Shown piece by piece: positions 1 through 11,115 of a stretch of 64,000 nt of DNA. The DNA lies in NCBI RefSeq assembly GCF_988243305.1, contig NZ_OZ547136.1. The stretch is one strand, 5' to 3'. The notes beneath the pieces were generated by a model that was given only the letters and a program-made list of their open reading frames with translations, searched no databases and was not told where the DNA came from. Each line of letters opens with the position of its first letter. The first letter of the stretch is position 1. The position numbers and the translations under genes were made by a program.

Positions 1-288
1 TGTGCCGCGCTTCTGCTCGCCCTCGCCTCACCCGCGGTACTCGCCGCGCCGGGATCCTGTGAGCGCATACAGAGCGATATATCACAGCGCATTATCAATA
101 ATGGCGTACCCGAAAGCAGCTTCACGTTAAGTATTGTACCCAATGACCAGGTTGATCAGCCTGATTCCCAGGTCGTCGGGCATTGCGCTAATGATACGCA
201 TAAAATTCTCTACACCCGCACCACCAGCGGTAACGTCTCTGCTCCCGCGCAGTCTACCCAGGATGGCGCGCCTGCCGAACCGCAGTAA
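1..288 (+). CDS. ynfD: 3' portion of a DUF1161-family secreted protein gene (YnfD-like), truncated by the window start
   Basis: Frame 1 reads through to TAA at 286-288; position immediately upstream of ynfE matches the K-12 gene order. Confidence 0.55.
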   Translation, partial: CAALLLALASPAVLAAPGSCERIQSDISQRIINNGVPESSFTLSIVPNDQVDQPDSQVVGHCANDTHKILYTRTTSGNVSAPAQSTQDGAPAEPQ

Positions 289-486
289 TACATTATCGAC
301 TGCACGCCGGATACGACACATCCGGCGATTTGAACATACAACATAATCCCACCTTATTACTCATACCCTTCTATTGATATGGATTAATAATTCTTAACCC
401 AAAATAGGTAGACTCCCTCTATTGTTAGCGCGCTAAATATTCAATATATAAACTTTTATATAACAATAAAGAACAGGGAGTGAGTT

Positions 487-2913
487 ATGTCCAAAAATGA
501 ACAAATGGTGGGCATCAGCCGCAGAACACTCGTTAAATCTACCGCGATAGGTTCTCTGGCGCTGGCTGCAGGCGGTTTTTCTTTACCGTTCACCCTACGC
601 AGTGCAGCGGCAGCGGTACAACAGGCCAGCGAAAAAGTGGTCTGGGGTGCCTGTTCCGTCAACTGTGGTAGCCGCTGTGCACTTCGTCTGCATGTTAAAG
701 ATAATGAAGTGACCTGGGTGGAAACTGACAACACCGGCAGCGACGAGTATGGCAATCATCAAGTACGCGCCTGTTTGCGCGGTCGGTCCATCCGTCGACG
801 TATTAATCATCCCGATCGCTTGAATTACCCAATGAAACGCGTGGGCAAACGCGGCGAAGGCAAATTCGAACGGATTAGCTGGGATGAAGCCCTGGATACT
901 ATCGCCAGTAGCCTGAAAAAAACCGTCGAACAATATGGCAATGAGGCTGTATATATTCAGTACTCTTCAGGGATCGTTGGCGGCAATATGACCCGCTCTT
1001 CGCCATCCGCCTCGGCGGTCAAACGCCTGATGAACTGCTACGGCGGTTCACTCAACCAGTATGGCTCCTACAGCACCGCGCAAATTTCCTGTGCCATGCC
1101 CTACACCTACGGCAGTAATGATGGCAACAGCACCACGGATATTGAAAACAGCAAGCTGGTCGTGATGTTTGGTAACAACCCGGCAGAAACCCGCATGAGC
1201 GGCGGTGGCATCACTTATCTTCTTGAAAAAGCGCGCGAGAAATCGAACGCAAAAATGATTGTTATCGATCCGCGATATACCGATACAGCTGCTGGTCGTG
1301 AAGACGAATGGCTACCTATTCGCCCGGGCACCGATGCCGCGCTGGTTGCGGGTATTGCCTGGGTATTGATTAACGAAAATCTCGTTGATCAACCTTTTCT
1401 CGATAAATACTGCGTCGGCTATGACGAAAAAACCTTACCCGCAGATGCACCAAAAAATGGTCACTATAAAGCCTATATTCTTGGTGAAGGTGACGATAAA
1501 ACAGCGAAAACGCCGCAGTGGGCTTCGCAAATTACCGGTATCCCGGTGGACCGTATCATCAAACTGGCGCGTGAAATTGGCACAGCAAAACCCGCTTATA
1601 TCTGCCAGGGCTGGGGACCGCAACGCCAGGCAAACGGCGAGCTGACTGCACGTGCTATTGCGATGTTGCCTATTCTGACGGGCAATGTCGGCATCAGCGG
1701 CGGGAATAGTGGCGCGCGTGAATCGACCTATACCATTACCATAGAACGCCTACCGGTGCTGGATAATCCGGTCAAAACGTCAATCTCCTGCTTCAGCTGG
1801 ACAGATGCTATCGATCATGGCCCGCAAATGACGGCAATCCGCGACGGTGTCCGGGGCAAAGATAAACTGGATGTGCCCATTAAGTTCATCTGGAACTATG
1901 CGGGAAATACCCTCGTTAATCAGCATTCTGACATCAACAAAACGCATGAAATTCTGCAGGACGAATCGAAATGCGAAATGATTGTGGTCATCGAAAACTT
2001 TATGACCTCATCGGCAAAATATGCCGACATTCTGCTGCCAGACCTGATGACCGTTGAGCAGGAAGATATTATTCCTAACGACTACGCCGGTAACATGGGA
2101 TATCTCATTTTCCTTCAGCCAGTCACCAGCGAAAAATTCGAACGCAAACCGATTTACTGGATCCTGAGTGAAGTCGCGAAACGTCTTGGACCTGAAGTCT
2201 ATCAAAAGTTCACTGAAGGTCGCACTCAGGAACAATGGTTACAACATCTGTACGCCAAAATGCTTGCCAAAGATCCGGCGTTACCGTCTTACGACGAACT
2301 GAAAAAAATGGGTATCTATAAGCGTAAAGATCCCAATGGTCATTTTGTCGCCTACAAAGCATTTCGTGACGACCCCGAGGCAAATCCACTTAAAACGCCT
2401 TCCGGTAAGATTGAAATTTACTCCAGCAAGCTGGCGGAAATTGCCCGTACCTGGGAACTGGAAAAAGATGAAGTGATAAGCCCACTGCCGGTTTATGCCT
2501 CAACCTTTGAAGGCTGGGACTCCCCTGAACGTAGCACCTTCCCACTGCAACTGTTTGGTTTCCATTACAAATCCCGTACTCACTCGACCTACGGCAACAT
2601 TGATGTCCTGAAGGCAGCCTGCCGTCAGGAGGTGTGGATCAACCCTATAGATGCACAGAAACGTGGGATTGCCAACGGCGATATGGTGCGGGTGTTTAAC
2701 CATCGTGGCGAAGTTCGGCTACCAGCCAAAGTGACACCACGCATTCTCCCTGGGGTTAGCGCTATGGGCCAGGGAGCCTGGCACGAGGCCAATATGTCTG
2801 GCGATAAAATCGACCATGGCGGCTGTGTGAATACGCTAACCACTCTGCGCCCTTCACCACTGGCGAAGGGAAACCCGCAGCACACGAATCTGGTCGAGAT
2901 CGAAAAAATATAA
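487..2913 (+). CDS. ynfE: Molybdopterin oxidoreductase catalytic subunit, DmsA paralog (selenate reductase) with twin-arginine signal
   Basis: 808-aa ORF; N-terminal SRRTLVKS Tat motif; Cys-rich CSVNCGSRC Fe-S motif; synteny with ynfFGH. Confidence 0.9.
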   Translation: MSKNEQMVGISRRTLVKSTAIGSLALAAGGFSLPFTLRSAAAAVQQASEKVVWGACSVNCGSRCALRLHVKDNEVTWVETDNTGSDEYGNHQVRACLRGRSIRRRINHPDRLNYPMKRVGKRGEGKFERISWDEALDTIASSLKKTVEQYGNEAVYIQYSSGIVGGNMTRSSPSASAVKRLMNCYGGSLNQYGSYSTAQISCAMPYTYGSNDGNSTTDIENSKLVVMFGNNPAETRMSGGGITYLLEKAREKSNAKMIVIDPRYTDTAAGREDEWLPIRPGTDAALVAGIAWVLINENLVDQPFLDKYCVGYDEKTLPADAPKNGHYKAYILGEGDDKTAKTPQWASQITGIPVDRIIKLAREIGTAKPAYICQGWGPQRQANGELTARAIAMLPILTGNVGISGGNSGARESTYTITIERLPVLDNPVKTSISCFSWTDAIDHGPQMTAIRDGVRGKDKLDVPIKFIWNYAGNTLVNQHSDINKTHEILQDESKCEMIVVIENFMTSSAKYADILLPDLMTVEQEDIIPNDYAGNMGYLIFLQPVTSEKFERKPIYWILSEVAKRLGPEVYQKFTEGRTQEQWLQHLYAKMLAKDPALPSYDELKKMGIYKRKDPNGHFVAYKAFRDDPEANPLKTPSGKIEIYSSKLAEIARTWELEKDEVISPLPVYASTFEGWDSPERSTFPLQLFGFHYKSRTHSTYGNIDVLKAACRQEVWINPIDAQKRGIANGDMVRVFNHRGEVRLPAKVTPRILPGVSAMGQGAWHEANMSGDKIDHGGCVNTLTTLRPSPLAKGNPQHTNLVEIEKI

Positions 2914-2970
2914 CCCACTACAACCATAAATTCTGGCATGACATTTTGTTTGAAAAGCAATAAGTGAGTA

Positions 2971-5397
2971 ATGATGAAAATCCATACCACAGAGGCGCTC
3001 ATGAAGGCTGAAATCAGCCGTAGAAGTCTGATGAAAACCTCCGCACTTGGCAGTCTTGCGCTGGCAAGCAGTGCTTTCACTCTGCCATTTTCCCAAATGG
3101 TCCGAGCGGCAGAGGCACCGGTAGAAGAGAAAGCGGTCTGGAGTTCCTGCACCGTTAACTGCGGGAGCCGCTGTCTGTTACGTTTGCATGTGAAAGATGA
3201 CACCGTGTACTGGGTGGAGTCTGATACGACAGGTGACGACGTCTACGGTAATCATCAGGTTCGGGCATGTTTACGCGGGCGCTCTATCCGCCGACGGATG
3301 AATCATCCTGACAGGTTGAAATATCCCATGAAGCGCGTCGGCAAGCGCGGTGAAGGTAAATTTGAACGGATAAGTTGGGATGAAGCCCTGGATACCATCA
3401 GTGATAATCTTCGGCGGATCCTTGAAGATTACGGCAATGAGGCTGTACATGTCCTGTACGGAACAGGCGTAGATGGCGGAAACATCACCAACTCGAACGT
3501 CCCGTACCGTCTGATGAACTCTTGCGGTGGTTTTCTCAGTCGCTATGGCAGCTACAGTACCGCTCAAATCAGTGCCGCAATGAGTTATATGTTCGGTGCC
3601 AATGATGGCAACAGCCCGGATGATATAGCCAATACGAAACTGGTCGTTATGTTCGGAAATAACCCGGCAGAAACCCGGATGAGCGGCGGTGGTGTCACTT
3701 ACTACGTCGAGCAAGCCCGAGAACGTTCAAACGCACGCATGATCGTCATCGATCCACGTTATAACGACACTGCTGCCGGGCGTGAAGATGAATGGCTGCC
3801 AATTCGCCCAGGCACCGATGGCGCACTGGCCTGTGCGATTGCCTGGGTACTGATTACTGAAAACATGGTCGATCAGCCATTTCTCGACAAATATTGTGTT
3901 GGTTACGATGAAAAAACGCTGCCCGCCAACGCACCACGTAACGCGCATTATAAAGCCTATATTCTGGGCGAAGGGCCTGACGGCATAGCTAAAACGCCGG
4001 AATGGGCAGCAAAAATCACCAGCATCCCGGCAGAAAAAATTATCCATTTGGCACGAGAGATCGGTTCAGCAAAACCTGCTTATATTTGTCAGGGTTGGGG
4101 GCCACAACGACACTCCAACGGCGAACAAACGTCCCGCGCTATTGCCATGCTTTCCGTTCTCACCGGTAACGTCGGCATAAACGGCGGCAACTCAGGTGTA
4201 CGCGAAGGTAGCTGGGATCTGGGGGTAGAATGGTTCCCGATGCTCGAGAATCCTGTTAAAACGCAGATTTCCGTCTTTACATGGACAGATGCCATCGACC
4301 ATGGTACGGAAATGACCGCGACCCGTGATGGTGTTCGTGGAAAAGAAAAACTGGATGTCCCCATCAAGTTTTTATGGTGCTACGCCAGTAACACATTGAT
4401 CAATCAACATGGCGACATCAATCACACCCATGAGGTGCTTCAGGATGACAGCAAGTGCGAGATGATTGTTGGCATTGACCACTTCATGACTGCCTCGGCT
4501 AAGTATTGCGATATCCTGTTGCCCGACCTGATGCCAACAGAGCAAGAAGACCTTATCTCTCACGAATCTGCCGGGAATATGGGCTATGTGATCCTCGCCC
4601 AACCCGCAACCTCAGCAAAATTTGAACGCAAACCCATCTACTGGATGCTGAGTGAAGTCGCCAAACGCTTAGGACCAGACGTTTATCAAACCTTTACTGA
4701 AGGCCGCAGTCAGCACGAATGGATCAAATATCTCCATGCGAAAACGAAGGAACGTAACCCTGAGATGCCCGACTACGAGGAGATGAAAACGACCGGGATC
4801 TTTAAGAAAAAATGCCCGGAAGAACACTACGTCGCTTTCCGCGCATTCCGTGAAGATCCACAGGCAAACCCGTTGAAAACACCTTCGGGGAAAATCGAAA
4901 TTTATTCTGAACGACTGGCGACGATTGCGGATACCTGGGAATTGAAAAAAGATGAAATTATTCATCCCCTTCCTGCGTATACCCCAGGTTTTGATGGCTG
5001 GGACGATCCCCTGCGGAAAACCTATCCACTGCAGCTAACGGGCTTCCACTACAAAGCGCGTACCCACTCCAGCTACGGCAATATTGATGTGTTACAGCAG
5101 GCCTGCCCACAAGAGGTGTGGATCAACCCTATTGATGCTCAGGCACGCGGTATCCGTCATGGCGATACCGTGCGGGTATTTAACAATAATGGAGAAATGC
5201 TGATTGCCGCAAAAGTGACTCCGCGTATTCTGCCTGGCGTTACCGCCATCGGGCAAGGTGCGTGGCTTAAAGCGGATATGTTTGGTGACCGGGTCGATCA
5301 CGGCGGCAGTATTAATATTCTGACCTCTCACCGCCCTTCACCGCTGGCAAAGGGAAACCCGTCGCACAGCAATCTTGTCCAGATCGAAAAGGTTTAA
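2971..5397 (+). CDS. ynfF: Molybdopterin oxidoreductase catalytic subunit, second DmsA paralog
   Basis: 808-aa ORF highly similar to the preceding ORF; Tat motif SRRSLMKT; start may be the ATG at 2974. Confidence 0.9.
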   Translation: MMKIHTTEALMKAEISRRSLMKTSALGSLALASSAFTLPFSQMVRAAEAPVEEKAVWSSCTVNCGSRCLLRLHVKDDTVYWVESDTTGDDVYGNHQVRACLRGRSIRRRMNHPDRLKYPMKRVGKRGEGKFERISWDEALDTISDNLRRILEDYGNEAVHVLYGTGVDGGNITNSNVPYRLMNSCGGFLSRYGSYSTAQISAAMSYMFGANDGNSPDDIANTKLVVMFGNNPAETRMSGGGVTYYVEQARERSNARMIVIDPRYNDTAAGREDEWLPIRPGTDGALACAIAWVLITENMVDQPFLDKYCVGYDEKTLPANAPRNAHYKAYILGEGPDGIAKTPEWAAKITSIPAEKIIHLAREIGSAKPAYICQGWGPQRHSNGEQTSRAIAMLSVLTGNVGINGGNSGVREGSWDLGVEWFPMLENPVKTQISVFTWTDAIDHGTEMTATRDGVRGKEKLDVPIKFLWCYASNTLINQHGDINHTHEVLQDDSKCEMIVGIDHFMTASAKYCDILLPDLMPTEQEDLISHESAGNMGYVILAQPATSAKFERKPIYWMLSEVAKRLGPDVYQTFTEGRSQHEWIKYLHAKTKERNPEMPDYEEMKTTGIFKKKCPEEHYVAFRAFREDPQANPLKTPSGKIEIYSERLATIADTWELKKDEIIHPLPAYTPGFDGWDDPLRKTYPLQLTGFHYKARTHSSYGNIDVLQQACPQEVWINPIDAQARGIRHGDTVRVFNNNGEMLIAAKVTPRILPGVTAIGQGAWLKADMFGDRVDHGGSINILTSHRPSPLAKGNPSHSNLVQIEKV

Positions 5398-5407
5398 GGA
5401 GTAGCCC

Positions 5408-6025
5408 ATGACCACACAATATGGATTTTTTATCGATTCCAGCCGCTGTACTGGCTGTAAAACCTGCGAACTGGCGTGCAAAGATTTTAAAGATCTTGGC
5501 CCGGAAGTCAGTTTCCGCCGTATTTATGAATATGCTGGCGGCGACTGGCAGGAAGATAATGGCGTCTGGCACCAGAACGTGTTCGCTTATTATCTCTCCA
5601 TCTCCTGTAACCATTGCGATGACCCCGCATGTACAAAAGTCTGCCCCAGCGGCGCAATGCATAAGCGTGAAGATGGCTTTGTGGTGGTTGATGAAGATGT
5701 TTGTATCGGCTGCCGCTACTGCCACATGGCTTGTCCGTACGGCGCGCCACAGTACAATGCTGAAAAAGGGCACATGACGAAGTGCGATGGTTGTTATTCG
5801 CGCGTCGCCGAGGGGAAACAACCCATATGTGTCGAATCCTGCCCGCTGCGTGCACTTGAGTTCGGTCCAATTGAAGAGCTGCGCCAGAAGCACGGCACTC
5901 TGGCTGCCGTCGCGCCACTACCGCGCGCGCATTTCACAAAACCCAATATCGTTATCAAACCTAACGCCAACAGCCGCCCGACCGGCGATACCACTGGTTA
6001 TCTGGCTAATCCGGAGGAAGTGTAA
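5408..6025 (+). CDS. ynfG: 4Fe-4S ferredoxin-type electron transfer subunit (DmsB paralog)
   Basis: 205-aa ORF with multiple CxxCxxCxxxCP clusters; directly follows ynfF. Confidence 0.9.
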   Translation: MTTQYGFFIDSSRCTGCKTCELACKDFKDLGPEVSFRRIYEYAGGDWQEDNGVWHQNVFAYYLSISCNHCDDPACTKVCPSGAMHKREDGFVVVDEDVCIGCRYCHMACPYGAPQYNAEKGHMTKCDGCYSRVAEGKQPICVESCPLRALEFGPIEELRQKHGTLAAVAPLPRAHFTKPNIVIKPNANSRPTGDTTGYLANPEEV

Positions 6026-6026
6026 A

Positions 6027-6881
6027 ATGGGAAATGGATGGCATGAATGGCCACTGGTTATCTTTACCGTATTGGGTCAATGCGTAGTAGGCGCGCTGAT
6101 TGTTAGCGGAATTGGCTGGTTCGCCGCCAATAATGACGCAGACCGTCAGCGTATTGTCCGTGGCATGTTTTTCCTCTGGCTGTTGATGGGCATCGGGTTT
6201 ATTGCCTCTGTCATGCACCTGGGATCGCCACTGCGAGCGTTTAACTCGCTGAATCGAATCGGAGCTTCTGGTCTGAGTAACGAGATTGCTGCCGGTTCAA
6301 TATTTTTTGCCGTTGGCGGATTATGGTGGCTGGTGGCGGTCATCGGTAAAATGCCGCAAGCGTTGGGGAAACTCTGGTTACTTGTCAGCATGGCGCTCGG
6401 CGTCATTTTCGTCTGGATGATGACCGGCGTGTATCAAATCGACACCGTGCCAACCTGGCATAACGGTTACACTACGCTGGCTTTCTTCCTGACAGTATTG
6501 TTGAGCGGTCCAATACTTGCTGCCGCAATTCTGCGGGCAGCCCGCATTACATTTAATACCACACCCTTTGCCATCATTAGCGTTCTGGCGCTGATCGCTT
6601 GTGCCGGGGTGATTGTGCTGCAAGGTTTGTCTCTGGCGTCTATTCACTCATCCGTACAACAAGCCAGCGCACTGGTACCAGATTACGCCTCCTTACAGGT
6701 CTGGCGTGTGGTATTGTTATGCACAGGTCTAGGATGCTGGCTTTGTCCGCTCATTCGTCGCCGTGAACCTCACGTTGCCGGACTTGTTCTGGGGCTAATC
6801 CTCATACTTGGCGGTGAGATGATCGGGCGTGTGCTCTTTTATGGCCTGCACATGACGGTAGGAATGGCTATTGCAGGTTAA
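6027..6881 (+). CDS. ynfH: DmsC-like membrane anchor subunit
   Basis: Hydrophobic 284-aa product starting MGNGWHEWPLVIF at the ATG just after the ynfG stop; the track ORF 5787..6881 is an upstream in-frame extension. Confidence 0.85.
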   Translation: MGNGWHEWPLVIFTVLGQCVVGALIVSGIGWFAANNDADRQRIVRGMFFLWLLMGIGFIASVMHLGSPLRAFNSLNRIGASGLSNEIAAGSIFFAVGGLWWLVAVIGKMPQALGKLWLLVSMALGVIFVWMMTGVYQIDTVPTWHNGYTTLAFFLTVLLSGPILAAAILRAARITFNTTPFAIISVLALIACAGVIVLQGLSLASIHSSVQQASALVPDYASLQVWRVVLLCTGLGCWLCPLIRRREPHVAGLVLGLILILGGEMIGRVLFYGLHMTVGMAIAG

Positions 6882-6923
6882 CAAATTGGTGCGGGGCAAC
6901 CCGCACATTTCAGGATGTTAGGA

Positions 6924-7538
6924 ATGACCCATTTTTCACAGCAAGATAATTTTTCTGTCGCGGCGCGCGTGTTGGGCGCGCTGTTTTATTACGCTCCAGA
7001 GAGTGCGGAAGCCGCACCTCTGGTTGCGGTACTCACCCGTGACGGCTGGGAAACTCAGTGGCCTCTACCCGAAGCGTCATTAGCGCCGCTGGTGACGGCT
7101 TTTCAGGCACAGAGTGAAGAGACTCGCGCCCAGGCCTGGCAGCGTTTGTTTGTCGGCCCGTGGGCACTGCCGTCACCGCCGTGGGGGTCGGTCTGGCTGG
7201 ATCGCGAATCTGTGCTGTTTGGCGATTCAACATTGGCACTTCGTCAGTGGATGCGCGAGAAAGGCATTCAGTTTGAAATGAAGCAAAACGAACCGGAAGA
7301 TCATTTTGGTTCACTGCTGTTGATGGCTGCGTGGTTGGCGGAGAATGGTCGCCAGACAGAATGCGAAGAATTGCTGGCATGGCACCTTTTTCCGTGGTCA
7401 ATACGTTTTCTTGACGTTTTTATCGAAAAAGCAGAACACCCTTTCTACCGTGCACTGGGTGAACTGGCTCGCTTAACGCTGGCGCAATGGCAATCACAAC
7501 TGTTAATTCCTGTCGCGGTTAAACCACTCTTTCGATAG
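6924..7538 (+). CDS. dmsD: Tat proofreading chaperone for DMSO reductase-type enzymes
   Basis: Product begins MTHFSQQDN (internal Met of track ORF 6915..7538); position after ynfH. Confidence 0.85.
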   Translation: MTHFSQQDNFSVAARVLGALFYYAPESAEAAPLVAVLTRDGWETQWPLPEASLAPLVTAFQAQSEETRAQAWQRLFVGPWALPSPPWGSVWLDRESVLFGDSTLALRQWMREKGIQFEMKQNEPEDHFGSLLLMAAWLAENGRQTECEELLAWHLFPWSIRFLDVFIEKAEHPFYRALGELARLTLAQWQSQLLIPVAVKPLFR

Positions 7539-7731
7539 GATCACCGTAATATTGCCGGATGGTGGCGATTACGCGCAATTCGGCAATAATAGGTTACAGT
7601 GTCACGTTTTTTATCTCTTAAAGCACGCACTGCTTTTGCGTCTGGCCTCTTTTGCCGCAAAATAGTCGCCCGTGTTTCATTGCCCATTTCTGCTCATGCA
7701 TCATCTACACATCTATCCGGATCTGCGCACT

Positions 7732-8988
7732 ATGTTCCGCCGTCTGCTTATCGCAACAGTCGTCGGTATTCTCGCGGCCTTTGCCGTTGCCGGGTTTCGT
7801 CATACGATGCTGCTACTGGAGTGGTTGTTCCTCAATAATGACTCGGGCAGTCTGGTCAATGCAGCGACAAATCTTTCCCCGTGGCGACGGCTGCTAACTC
7901 CGGCGCTCGGCGGACTGGCGGCGGGTTTGTTGCTGATGGGCTGGCAGAAATTTACCCAGCAACGCCCTCATGCGCCGACCGATTACATGGAAGCGTTGCA
8001 AACCGATGGGCAGTTTGATTACGCAGCAAGCCTGGTTAAATCGCTTGCCTCTCTGCTGGTAGTAACCAGCGGCAGTGCAATTGGTCGCGAAGGTGCGATG
8101 ATTCTTTTAGCTGCCCTTGCCGCCTCCTGTTTTGCCCAACGTTTTACGCCACGCCAGGAGTGGAAATTATGGATCGCCTGTGGAGCTGCGGCGGGAATGG
8201 CTGCGGCCTATCGCGCCCCGCTTGCTGGCAGTTTATTTATAGCCGAAGTGCTGTTTGGCACTATGATGTTGGCCTCTCTCGGCCCGGTGATTATTTCCGC
8301 CGTCGTGGCGTTGCTGGTTAGCAATCTGATTAATCATAGCGACGCGTTACTCTACAGCGTACAACTCTCAGTGACGATTCAGGCTCGTGACTATGCGCTG
8401 ATTATCAGTACAGGTGTGCTGGCAGGTCTGGGCGGACCACTGTTGTTAACGTTAATGAACGCCTGTCATCGTGGATTTGTAAGTCTCAAACTTGCGCCGC
8501 CCTGGCAACTGGCACTGGGCGGGTTGATCGTGGGTCTGCTTTCCCTGTTCACACCTGCAGTGTGGGGCAACGGCTATAGCACCGTACAATCCTTTTTAAC
8601 CGCCCCGCCACTGTTAATGATCATTGCCGGGATCTTCCTCTGTAAACTGTTTGCCGTGCTGGCGAGTAGTGGTTCTGGCGCGCCCGGTGGTGTCTTTACA
8701 CCGACGCTATTTATCGGTCTTGCCATTGGCATGTTGTATGGTCGTAGCCTGGGATTATGGTTCCCTGATGGCGAAGAAATTACGCTTTTACTCGGATTGA
8801 CCGGGATGGCGACACTGTTGGCGGCAACCACGCACGCGCCGATTATGTCGACGTTGATGATATGTGAAATGACCGGGGAGTATCAGCTACTCCCCGGTTT
8901 ATTGATTGCCTGCGTAATTGCGTCGGTAATTTCGCGGACGTTACACCGTGACTCTATCTACCGCCAGCACACTGCGAAGCATAGCTAA
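7732..8988 (+). CDS. clcB: ClC-family voltage-gated chloride channel / H+-Cl- antiporter
   Basis: Polytopic membrane protein; start taken at [12 protein letters not shown] (internal Met of track ORF 7672..8988) to give 418 aa. Confidence 0.8.
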   Translation: MFRRLLIATVVGILAAFAVAGFRHTMLLLEWLFLNNDSGSLVNAATNLSPWRRLLTPALGGLAAGLLLMGWQKFTQQRPHAPTDYMEALQTDGQFDYAASLVKSLASLLVVTSGSAIGREGAMILLAALAASCFAQRFTPRQEWKLWIACGAAAGMAAAYRAPLAGSLFIAEVLFGTMMLASLGPVIISAVVALLVSNLINHSDALLYSVQLSVTIQARDYALIISTGVLAGLGGPLLLTLMNACHRGFVSLKLAPPWQLALGGLIVGLLSLFTPAVWGNGYSTVQSFLTAPPLLMIIAGIFLCKLFAVLASSGSGAPGGVFTPTLFIGLAIGMLYGRSLGLWFPDGEEITLLLGLTGMATLLAATTHAPIMSTLMICEMTGEYQLLPGLLIACVIASVISRTLHRDSIYRQHTAKHS

Positions 8989-9636
8989 GCGGATGTATTG
9001 CCCCAGTTCACGCTGTTCGGCGCGCGGCAGATAAGGCAGTTCACCAATGAGCGGTGCCGGAAGTTTTTTACCGAGCACATCAATGATTTCCGCATAATGC
9101 GCCAGTCCTGGATTGATTCGGTTAGCCACCCAGCCAATGAGCGGTAGCCCGTCGTTGGCGATCGCCTGAGCTGTTAGCAGTGCATGGTTAATGCAACCTT
9201 CCTGAATACCGACAACCATCAACACCGGCAGTTGTTCCTGCACCACCCATTCAGAGAGCGGACGCAAATCATTCATCAGACTGCGCCAGCCGCCAGTCCC
9301 TTCTACCACCACATGATCGACTTTATCGGTCAGGTTTGCCAGGCCGTTTGAAATGAGGGTGTAATTGATTGGGCAACTGTGCGCCACGCTACTTTCTTCT
9401 TCGCTTAACGCGATAGGATTAACTGCTTCATAAGGCAGTTCGATGGTTGAAACACTCTGCAACACCAGGGCATCTTTATTACGCAGCCCTTCGGGTGTCT
9501 CTTTGCTCCCCTTCGCTACGGGTTTATATCCCGCAACCGTTTTTCCCTGGGAGGCTAACGCTTGTAGCAATGCGCGGGAAACCACCGTTTTCCCTACAGA
9601 AGTGTCTGTACCGGTAATAAAGAAACGCTTCAGCAT
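8941..9636 (-). CDS. ynfK: Dethiobiotin synthetase paralog (BioD-like ATP-dependent ligase)
   Basis: P-loop GTDTSVGKT near N-terminus; start at MLKRFFITG; 3' end overlaps clcB convergently. Confidence 0.85.
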   Translation of the reverse strand: MLKRFFITGTDTSVGKTVVSRALLQALASQGKTVAGYKPVAKGSKETPEGLRNKDALVLQSVSTIELPYEAVNPIALSEEESSVAHSCPINYTLISNGLANLTDKVDHVVVEGTGGWRSLMNDLRPLSEWVVQEQLPVLMVVGIQEGCINHALLTAQAIANDGLPLIGWVANRINPGLAHYAEIIDVLGKKLPAPLIGELPYLPRAEQRELGQYIRLAMLRSVLAVDRVTV

Positions 9637-9760
9637 CACTAACTCCACCGTTATGCTTCACAAATATAAACCAGGAAAATAATTAACCTTGAAAGTCTAA
9701 GTTATGCTTTCCTGGCCCAAATTGAGATAGCGCAAATTTTGGTAGAACAGTTAAAAAATG

Positions 9761-10981
9761 TTAACCCTGCAACAGACGAATCAACAAAGAACCGTTATAC
9801 ATCGCGTCTTTTACTAGCGCAGCCCCTGCCATCGTACCCTGGTTAGAAAATTGAGTACTCTCAACGCTAATGTGCTGACTATACGCAGGAAGGGCCTGCT
9901 GACGGATGCTGTCCGAGATGACCGGGAAGAGGATATCTGCCGCTTTACTTAACGGTGAGCCAATCAGTATTTTTTGTGGGTTAAATAAATTCACCATGAT
10001 GGCAAGAATGCGCCCGACATGCGCGCCCACCCCGGTAATGATGTCTTTTGCCAGCAGATCGCCGCGCAATGCCGCCTGACACAATGAATCCACGGTTAAC
10101 GGCTGTCCATGTAACATCGAGCTCATGGATTGATTAAGACGCAGCTGCGCCAGCTCAAGAATACTGTCCACACTGGCGATGGTTTCGAGGCAGCCGTGAT
10201 TCCCGCAATAACAGCGTTTCCCATACGGGTCGACCTGCGTGTGACCTATTTCCACGAGGCTACTGCTGCCTGCGTGTAGCAGATGACCATCGGTAATGAC
10301 GCCCGCCCCCACGTTGTGATCGATAACCACCTGAATCACATCGCGCGCCCCGCGTGAGGCACCAAACAAGGCCTCAGCCATCGTCCATGCGCTGATATCA
10401 TGCTGAATATAAACCGGTACGCCGGTATGCTGCTCCAGCGCCTCGCCGAGCGGCATCTCTTTTACATCCTCGTAGAACGGCATGCGATGTACAATACCAT
10501 TTTCCGTATCAATAATTCCCGGCAAGGTAATGGCAATCGAAGTCAGACGCTCAAGTTTTTTCTGGTGGCGGATAAAAAACTGATCGATATGGGAAATGAT
10601 ACGATCCAGCAATGGCGAGTCATCTTTTAACGCCAGTTCCTGCGACTCCTCCACTACCAGTTTGCTGCTCAGATCGCGCAAAGCAAGGAAAATCTCCCCG
10701 CGACTAATGCGCAGAGAAAGATAGTGCCAGGCTTCAGTTTCAACCACCAGCCCCACTGCCGGACGGCCACGGTTCCCCGCTTCTTTGATTTCCAGCTCTT
10801 GCACCAGGTGTGCTTCGAGCATCTCACGGACAATTTTAGTGATACTGGCAGGAGCCAGCTGCGCCAGACGGGAAAGATCGATACGCGAGACTGGACCAAG
10901 CTGATCAATCAGGCGATAAACCGCGCCCGCGTTGGTCTGCTTTATTTGATCAATGTGCCCAGGCTGATTTTCAGCAACCAC
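9761..10981 (-). CDS. mlc: ROK-family global transcriptional repressor Mlc (DgsA)
   Basis: 406-aa ORF starting MVAENQPGHIDQIKQTNAGAVYRLIDQ with ROK sugar-kinase-like core and Cys cluster CYCGNHGC. Confidence 0.9.
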   Translation of the reverse strand: MVAENQPGHIDQIKQTNAGAVYRLIDQLGPVSRIDLSRLAQLAPASITKIVREMLEAHLVQELEIKEAGNRGRPAVGLVVETEAWHYLSLRISRGEIFLALRDLSSKLVVEESQELALKDDSPLLDRIISHIDQFFIRHQKKLERLTSIAITLPGIIDTENGIVHRMPFYEDVKEMPLGEALEQHTGVPVYIQHDISAWTMAEALFGASRGARDVIQVVIDHNVGAGVITDGHLLHAGSSSLVEIGHTQVDPYGKRCYCGNHGCLETIASVDSILELAQLRLNQSMSSMLHGQPLTVDSLCQAALRGDLLAKDIITGVGAHVGRILAIMVNLFNPQKILIGSPLSKAADILFPVISDSIRQQALPAYSQHISVESTQFSNQGTMAGAALVKDAMYNGSLLIRLLQG

Positions 10982-11115
10982 CGCATACTCCCTATATTTT
11001 CGCGCTCCGAAATAATCTGTAGGCTATGGTGAAGCACTTCAATACGTGTCGTCAAATTTTTACTTAGGCATGTGATTAACAGCACATTTTTCGGGCTTTT
11101 TCGCTGAAATTTCCC

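Noticed and set aside
5787-6881. 364-aa version of ynfH from the ORF track
   Set aside because: The upstream 80 codons overlap the 3' end of ynfG in another frame; the real start is the ATG at 6027 just after the ynfG stop.
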